From Polyangiales bacterium (GTDB lineage: Bacteria > Myxococcota_A > Polyangia > Polyangiales > Ga0077539): DNA of 64,000 nt. Where the stretch lies: positions 367,408 to 431,407 of the forward strand of contig JBGARZ010000008.1 of assembly GCA_044229975.1 (NCBI GenBank), written 5' to 3'. Numbering within the stretch: position 1 is the stretch's first letter; every line of letters begins with the position of its first letter. Of the stretch, positions 56,054 to 64,000 are shown piece by piece. Position numbers and translations under genes: made by a program. Under the pieces are notes generated by a model. That model made no database searches, had not been told where the DNA came from, and worked only from the letters and a program-made list of their open reading frames with translations.

Positions 56054-59000
56054 TCATGAGCAACCCATCGAGTTGCCGCAGTTCAGGCACCGGTAACAAG
56101 CCCCATTCCTGACGGTGATGTGTCCGCACACGCTGCACATCGGCGCGTCGCCCATCATCTTGCTCAACTGCTTGTCCAGCGCGTTGCCGCCGCCGCCGCC
56201 GGCGCTCTCGTGCTCCGTCAGCGTCGACGTGTACGCCGTCTGCGGCGCCGCGTTGAGCGTCCCCTGCACCTGCGCGTGCTCGCCCTCCGCCTGCTCCTCC
56301 TCGGTCGGCGGAACATGCGCCAGGTCGTACCGCTTCAGGTACTCCACACCCAGCACGCGGAACACGTAGTCGATGATGCTCGTCGCGAACTTCACGTTCG
56401 CGTGACCCACCACCGAGCCCTGCGGCTCGAAGCGCGTGAAGGTGAACTGATCGACGTACTCGGCCAGCGACACGCCGTGCTGCAGGCCCATCGAGACCGC
56501 GATGGCGAAGGAGTTCATCAGCGAGCGGAAGGCGGCGCCCTCCTTGTGCATGTCGATGAAGATCTCGCCGAGCTGCCCGTCCTGGTACTCGCCCGTCCGC
56601 AAGAACACCTTGTGCCCGCCGATGCGCGCCTCCTGGGTGAACCCGCTGCGCTTCTTCGGCAGCCGGTAGCGCACCGACTTCCGCGGCGGCGCCAGCACCG
56701 GGCTCTTCGAGAACAGCGGCCCGAACTCCGACGTCGTGTCCGCCGTGCCGGTGACCACCGCCGCCGACGGCGCCGCCACCTCGGGCTTCGCCTCCACGAT
56801 CGCCGCCTTGGCCTCGACCTTCTCGTCCTTCTTCTTCTCGCTGTCCGAGCTCGTCGACGACAGCGGCTGCGACGCCTTGCACCCGTCGCGGTACAGCGCC
56901 ACCGCCTTCAGACCGAGCTTCCAGCCCTGGTAGTAGATGTCCGCGACCTCATCGATGGTCGCGTCGTTGGGCAGGTTCACCGTCTTGGAGATCGCCCCCG
57001 ACAAGAACGGCTGCGTCGCCGCCATCATCTTCACGTGCGACATCGGCGCGAGGAACCGCTTGCCGTGCCGACCGCAGCGGTTGGCGCAGTCGAACACCGG
57101 CAGGTGCTCGTCGCGCAGGTGCGGCGCCCCTTCGACCGTCGACCGACCGAGCACGTGGTCACCCAGCGTGTCGATGTTGGCGCGCGAGATGTTCCAGTGC
57201 GCGAGCAGCGAGAAGCCCGCGGACTTCGACGCCTCTTCCACACCGAGCCGCTTCACGAGGTCAGCGCCGAGCGTGAAGGGCGAGAACGCCTGCTCGATGG
57301 AGAACGCACCCGGCAGCGCCGCCTCGACGCGCGTGATGTCGTCGGCCGTGAGCCCCTTCGACTTCAAGAACTCGCGGTTGACCACCGGCGCACCGAGGAA
57401 GGTGTTGGTGCCGCTGACGTACGCGAGGATCTCCGCGATCTGACCCTTGGAGTACCCGAGGCACACCAGCGCGCGCTCGACCGACGCGTTGACGATCTTG
57501 AAGTACCCGCCGCCCGCGAGCTTCTTGAACTTCACCAGCGCGAAGTCCGGCTCGATGCCCGTCGTGTCGCAGTCCATGAGCAGACCGATGGTTCCGGTGG
57601 GCGCGAGCACCGTCGCCTGCGCGTTGCGGTACCCGAACTGCTCACCCAGCTTCACGGCCTCGTCCCAGTCCTCGCGCGCCGCCGCCACGAGGTCGGCCGG
57701 GCACGCGCGGCTGTCGATGTCGTAGGCCGCCTTGCGGTGCTTGCCCATCACGTCGAGCATGGACTTGCTGTTCTTCGCGTAGCCCGCGAACGCCCCCTTC
57801 ACCGACGCCACTTCGGCGCTCACGCGGTAGGCGTGGCCCGTCAGGATGGCGGTGAGCGACGCCGCGATCGCGCGGCCCGCGTCGGAGTCGTACGCGACGC
57901 CCATGAGCATGAGCAGCGTGCCGAGGTTGGCGTAGCCGAGGCCGAGCGGGCGGTAGTCGTGGGAGTTCTGCGCGATCTGCTTCGTCGGGTAGGACGAGTA
58001 GTCGACGAGAATCTCCTGCGCGAGGAAGAACACCCGCGCCGCGTGGCGATAGCCCGCGATGTCGAAGTGCTGCGTGCCGTCGGCGTCCTCGCTCAAGAAC
58101 TTCGTGAGGTTGAGCGACGACAGATTGCACGCCGTGTCGTCGAGGAACATGTACTCCGAGCAGGGGTTGCTCGCGTTGATGCGCCCGCTGACCTTGCAGG
58201 TGTGCCAGTCGTTGATGGTGGTGTCGTACTGCACGCCGGGGTCGGCGCACGACCACGCGCTGAGGGCGACCTTCTTCCAGAGGTCCTTGGCGCGATAGGT
58301 GTCGATGACCTTGCCGTTGGTGCGGCCCTTGGTCTCCCACTCGCCGTCGTTCTCGACCGCGCGCATGAACGAGTCGGTCACGCGGATGGAGTTGTTGGAG
58401 TTCTGTCCGGAGACCGTGTGGTAGGCCTCGCCGTTGAAGTCCGAGGGGTAGCCCGACGCGATGAGCGCCTGGGCCTTCTTCTCCTCCTTCATCTTCCACT
58501 CGATGAAGTCGACGATCTCGGGGTGGTCCATGTCGAGGCAGACCATCTTCGCGGCGCGACGCGTGGTGCCGCCCGACTTGGTGCTCCCCGCCGCCCGATC
58601 GAACACCTCCAGGAACGACATCAGACCCGACGACGTCCCGCCGCCCGAGAGCTTCTCCTGGCGACCGCGCAGCGCGCTGAAGTTGGAGCCGGTGCCCGAG
58701 CCGTACTTGAAGAGCCGGGCTTCGTTCTTCACCAGCTCGAAGATGGCCATGAGGTCATCCTGGGCGCTCTGGATGAAGCACGCCGAGCACTGCGGCGCCT
58801 CGTAGGCGTTGGCCGTCTCGCCCACCGTCGCGGTGGCCTCGCTGTACGCCCAGTTGCCGCCCTGACCCGTGATGCCGTAGCGCTGGAAGAGCCCGCAGTT
58901 GAACCACACCGGCGAGTTGAACGCGCCGTACTGGTTCACCAGCAGGAACGACAGCTCGCTCTCGAAGGTGTCGGCCTGCGCCGCGTCGGTGAAGTACCCG

Positions 59001-59398
59001 CGCGACTCGCCCGCCTCGCGGATGGAGCGCGCGATGCGGTAGACCACCTGCTTCACGGAGGTCTCGCCGAGCCTGGCGTCGCCGTGGAGCCCCGCGCGGC
59101 GGAAGTACTTCGACACCACGATGTCCGTGGCGAGCTGCGACCACGCCTTCGGCACCTCGGCCCCGCGCGTCGCCGACACCACCGACCCGTCCGGGTTGCT
59201 GATGACGCTATCGCGCTTGTCGTACTCGACCGTGGAGAGCGGGTCGGTGCCGACCCTGGTGTACCGGCGAAGCACCAGATCGGACGCGGCGCGACTCGAC
59301 CGCGACGTGCGACTGGCTTTCGCCTGCACACCCGCGGCGGTGGCAGCGCTCTTCGACTTGCCGTTGGTCTTGCCCTGGATCGGTCCGTCGATGCTCAA
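56054..59398 (-). CDS. nrdJ: Class II (adenosylcobalamin-dependent) ribonucleotide reductase with TSCPD domain and Zn ribbon
   Basis: FNSPVWFN, QCSACFI, GSGTGSN, KSGGTTRRAAKM, NASNPCSEY, APTGTI, SGAISKTVN, YRDG, GEIFIDM.KEG and CSVC...CLNCG motifs. Confidence 0.96.
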   Translation of the reverse strand: MSIDGPIQGKTNGKSKSAATAAGVQAKASRTSRSSRAASDLVLRRYTRVGTDPLSTVEYDKRDSVISNPDGSVVSATRGAEVPKAWSQLATDIVVSKYFRRAGLHGDARLGETSVKQVVYRIARSIREAGESRGYFTDAAQADTFESELSFLLVNQYGAFNSPVWFNCGLFQRYGITGQGGNWAYSEATATVGETANAYEAPQCSACFIQSAQDDLMAIFELVKNEARLFKYGSGTGSNFSALRGRQEKLSGGGTSSGLMSFLEVFDRAAGSTKSGGTTRRAAKMVCLDMDHPEIVDFIEWKMKEEKKAQALIASGYPSDFNGEAYHTVSGQNSNNSIRVTDSFMRAVENDGEWETKGRTNGKVIDTYRAKDLWKKVALSAWSCADPGVQYDTTINDWHTCKVSGRINASNPCSEYMFLDDTACNLSSLNLTKFLSEDADGTQHFDIAGYRHAARVFFLAQEILVDYSSYPTKQIAQNSHDYRPLGLGYANLGTLLMLMGVAYDSDAGRAIAASLTAILTGHAYRVSAEVASVKGAFAGYAKNSKSMLDVMGKHRKAAYDIDSRACPADLVAAAREDWDEAVKLGEQFGYRNAQATVLAPTGTIGLLMDCDTTGIEPDFALVKFKKLAGGGYFKIVNASVERALVCLGYSKGQIAEILAYVSGTNTFLGAPVVNREFLKSKGLTADDITRVEAALPGAFSIEQAFSPFTLGADLVKRLGVEEASKSAGFSLLAHWNISRANIDTLGDHVLGRSTVEGAPHLRDEHLPVFDCANRCGRHGKRFLAPMSHVKMMAATQPFLSGAISKTVNLPNDATIDEVADIYYQGWKLGLKAVALYRDGCKASQPLSSTSSDSEKKKDEKVEAKAAIVEAKPEVAAPSAAVVTGTADTTSEFGPLFSKSPVLAPPRKSVRYRLPKKRSGFTQEARIGGHKVFLRTGEYQDGQLGEIFIDMHKEGAAFRSLMNSFAIAVSMGLQHGVSLAEYVDQFTFTRFEPQGSVVGHANVKFATSIIDYVFRVLGVEYLKRYDLAHVPPTEEEQAEGEHAQVQGTLNAAPQTAYTSTLTEHESAGGGGGNALDKQLSKMMGDAPMCSVCGHITVRNGACYRCLNCGNSMGCS

Positions 59399-59774
59399 GC
59401 GATCTCTCCCTGTCAGATGGCCGGTGATGAAGGTCCCTCAGTGACGCCCGCGTGGCACTTCGGAGGGGGACGGCCACCATGCACGGACCCGGGACCCTCC
59501 CGCCAGTTCTCCGGGCCCTCTTCCGCCCGGCATGGGCCTCGCGTCGCGGAAAACCCCGACTGATTTTCATCCCTGCCCCCTTACCCACCCTCCCTCCGCG
59601 GCCCACAAGCCGTCGGGTTACCGCAACTTTCCGCATCGCTCCCGTCGATCGGCCCTCGCGCCGACGCAGGCTTTCCCCGGAGCTCCAGCGCCGCGACCCC
59701 TCACCCCGCCCGCCGGGAGGAGCTCCCGGAAGAGCGACCGACGCGCCGCGGGTCCGTGGCATCATCGCGGCCCG

Positions 59775-60416
59775 ATGAGCGCACCTCCTGTCATCGCACG
59801 TCCGTGGGCTGCCGCGCTGTGTGCGTTCGCTCTCGGCTGCGGCCCGACCATCCGCCGAACGCTGCCCACCAACGACCAGCGGCACATCACGTACGAAGAC
59901 CTCTGCCACCTCCAGGACTGGTACGACCAGCGCGCCCGCGGCCACGCCGCGCCCCTCCGCGTCGTCGACGAGCAGTCCACCGAGACCAGCGACCGCGCCC
60001 CCGACGAGCACGGCCGCCTCCGCCACGTCGCCCTCGGCGAAGGCACCTACCTCGTCGCGAGCCGTGACGACCGCGTCCGCTTCGACCGCCTCCTGCGCGA
60101 CGAGTACGCCGACCTCCCGGCCCTCAACCTCGTCGGCCCCGAGACCCGCGTGCGCGTCCACGTCGCCTTCTGGCAGACGGGGTCGATCCGCCGCATCCGA
60201 CCCGACGTCGAGGTGCGTCTGGAGGTCGACGGCACCAGCACGGAGCTCCCGTCGCACCCTTGCGTGGGCGAGTTTCTCTTCGGCGCGCAGGCCTACGCCA
60301 TGCGCCACAACGTGCTCGACGCCGAGCGCGCCCGCGCCCGCGGGGAGATCCCGCCGACCTACGCCGACGCCGCCGTCACCGACGCCGCCACCACCGACGG
60401 GACGACCCCGCCATGA
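59775..60416 (+). CDS. Hypothetical lipoprotein
   Basis: ATG 59775, lipobox ALGC, stop overlaps the next ATG. Confidence 0.7.
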   Translation: MSAPPVIARPWAAALCAFALGCGPTIRRTLPTNDQRHITYEDLCHLQDWYDQRARGHAAPLRVVDEQSTETSDRAPDEHGRLRHVALGEGTYLVASRDDRVRFDRLLRDEYADLPALNLVGPETRVRVHVAFWQTGSIRRIRPDVEVRLEVDGTSTELPSHPCVGEFLFGAQAYAMRHNVLDAERARARGEIPPTYADAAVTDAATTDGTTPP

Positions 60417-61420
60417 ACGCACGAACCTTCGCCATCGCGCTCACGTCCTTCCGCGAGGCACTGCGCGACCGCATCCTCTTCGCCGTCCTCGCGCTCGGCG
60501 CCGTGTCGGTGCTCTTCGGCCTCGGCCTCGGCTCGCTCTCCTACGCCGAGTCGGTGCGCATCGTGGTCGACCACGGGCTCGTCACCATCTCGCTCCTCGC
60601 CAACCTCATCGCGATGTTTCTCGGCGCCAACTTCCTCTACAAAGAGCTTGAGCTCCGCACCCTCTACGTGCTGCTCGCCAAGCCCGTCGCGCGGCACGAG
60701 CTCGTGCTCGGCAAGTACCTCGGCATCCTCCTCACCGTCGCGGTGTTCATCACCCTCATCGCCGCGCTGCTGCTCGCGCTCATCACCCTCACCGCCGCCG
60801 ACGACAGCTTCCTCGCCGCGCAGCGCCTCGAAGCCGCCGTGGGCCCCGCCCTCCGCCTCGCGCGCTCCCGCGGGCTCCGCCTCGCCGCCCTCGCCGCGGT
60901 CGTCCTCGCCGTCCCGCTGCCGCTGCTCTTCCCGCGCGTGCGCCGCGCCCTCTCCCTCGCCGCCGTGCTCCCCGTCGCCGCCGCCCTCCTCGCGGGCTTC
61001 GCCTCGCTCGCCTACGTGGTCGCCCCCGCCGAGACCGTCTTCGTCCTCTGCGGCGCGCTGCTCACCCTGGCCGAGGTGACGGTCACCGCCGCCGTCTCGA
61101 TGCTGTTCTCGTCCTTCAGCACGCCCTTCGTGACGGCCATCTTCTCGTTTGGTGTCTTCGCCATCGCGCGCAGCACCTGGCTCATGCAGCACCTCCCGCG
61201 GCGCAACTTCCCCGCCGCCGCCCGCGCCGCCCTCCAGGGCATCGCCCGCGTGGTGCCCAACCTCCACCTCTTCGTGCCCGAGCGCGCGGTGCTCCTCACC
61301 GACGACCCCAACCAGCCGCTCGCCCGCTACGTCGCCCTCGCCGTCGGCTACGCCGCGCTCTGGGCCGCCGGCCTCCTCGCCGCCTCGTCGCTCCTCTTCC
61401 GCCGCCGCGACCTCGTGTGA
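60413..61420 (+). CDS. ABC-2 type transporter permease (PilI-like)
   Basis: AIALTSFREALRDR and KELELRTLY.LL.KPV.R.ELVLGKYLG motifs, C-terminal FRRRDL, multiple TMs. Confidence 0.85.
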   Translation: MNARTFAIALTSFREALRDRILFAVLALGAVSVLFGLGLGSLSYAESVRIVVDHGLVTISLLANLIAMFLGANFLYKELELRTLYVLLAKPVARHELVLGKYLGILLTVAVFITLIAALLLALITLTAADDSFLAAQRLEAAVGPALRLARSRGLRLAALAAVVLAVPLPLLFPRVRRALSLAAVLPVAAALLAGFASLAYVVAPAETVFVLCGALLTLAEVTVTAAVSMLFSSFSTPFVTAIFSFGVFAIARSTWLMQHLPRRNFPAAARAALQGIARVVPNLHLFVPERAVLLTDDPNQPLARYVALAVGYAALWAAGLLAASSLLFRRRDLV

Positions 61421-62055
61421 AGACCATCGCCCGCTACGCCCTCGCGGCGACGCTCGTGCTCTCCGTCGCCGCCGGCCGCGTCGTCGTCGAGTCGCGCGCC
61501 GCCCTCGACGAAGGCCGCGCCCAGCTCCAGCGCGGCGCCGTCGACCCCGGCGTGCGCGCCCTCCGCCGGGCCGCCCACCTCTACCTGCCGGGCAACCCCG
61601 CCACGGTCGGCGCCTATGACGCGCTCGAACGCTTCGCCCGCGACCAGGAGACCCTCGGCCACCACGACCACGCCCTGCTCGCGTGGCGCGCGGTGCGGTC
61701 CAGCGCCCTCGCCACCCGGTGGGTCATCGTGCCTCACCGCGACCGCCTCGACCGCGCCAACCGGCGCATCGCACGGTTGATGGCGCTGCTCCCGCCGCCC
61801 CCCGAAGAGCGCGACACCCCCGTCGAGCGCCGCGAACAATTCCACTACGCCCTGCTGAACGAAGACCACGCCCCCGAGCCCGCGTGGATCATCGTCCTCG
61901 GACTGGGCATGGCCCTCTGGATCGGCGCGGCCTTCTACGCTGCGCGTCATGGATGGGACGACGACGACCGTCCGCGCGCTCGCACCCTCGCGGCCTCTGG
62001 CGCTACGGTCGCGGTGGGGCTGACGCTCTTCGTGGTGGCGCTGCTCCGCGCTTGA
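61417..62055 (+). CDS. Membrane protein with periplasmic helical domain
   Basis: GTG overlaps the upstream TGA. One N-terminal and two C-terminal TM segments. Confidence 0.72.
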   Translation: MKTIARYALAATLVLSVAAGRVVVESRAALDEGRAQLQRGAVDPGVRALRRAAHLYLPGNPATVGAYDALERFARDQETLGHHDHALLAWRAVRSSALATRWVIVPHRDRLDRANRRIARLMALLPPPPEERDTPVERREQFHYALLNEDHAPEPAWIIVLGLGMALWIGAAFYAARHGWDDDDRPRARTLAASGATVAVGLTLFVVALLRA

Positions 62056-62087
62056 TCTTGCCCGCGTCGCGAGGGCACTCTGCGACC

Positions 62088-64000
<1,913 letters not shown>

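Noticed and set aside
56054..59398. Intein or intron in nrdJ
   Set aside because: The ORF is continuous, no intein splice or LAGLIDADG motifs were seen, and the length is explained by the TSCPD and Zn-ribbon domains.
59399..59774. Cobalamin riboswitch or NrdR box upstream of nrdJ
   Set aside because: No B12-box/GCCACTG-GGGAAG pattern or ACAC-ATAT-GTG palindrome was recognisable by eye. An Infernal search would be needed to exclude it.

Overview
High-GC, myxobacterial-type (Myxococcota/Polyangiales-like, inferred from gene content) chromosomal window. Housekeeping genes (typA, acyl-CoA dehydrogenase, tRNA-Ala(CGC), ccmC/ccmD, cysQ, rplM-rpsI-argC, NAD kinase, class II nrdJ) alternate with accessory cell-surface blocks. 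These blocks hold two Ser/Thr kinase + TPR-PEGA + Cys-rich lipoprotein modules, FG-GAP, LCCL, disintegrin-like and MYXO-CTERM proteins, and a DUF1592/DUF1552 cluster. The most notable non-obvious structures are: (i) a 3.4-kb integrase-less cassette (FG-GAP lipoprotein + DUF3102-like gene) bounded by a perfect 26-bp direct repeat of a host gene's 3' end; (ii) at least six long palindromic REPIN/MITE-like elements, three sharing a TCGCTCACGCC core and one read in frame inside a lipoprotein signal peptide; (iii) an ORF with an internal MYXO-CTERM-like anchor followed by a second signal peptide; (iv) a catalytically degenerate Fic protein; (v) a ~1.2-kb near-identical duplication between two giant Cys-rich lipoproteins. 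No CRISPR array, integrase, transposase or reverse transcriptase was recognised. All family calls are from motif recognition by eye, without database searches.
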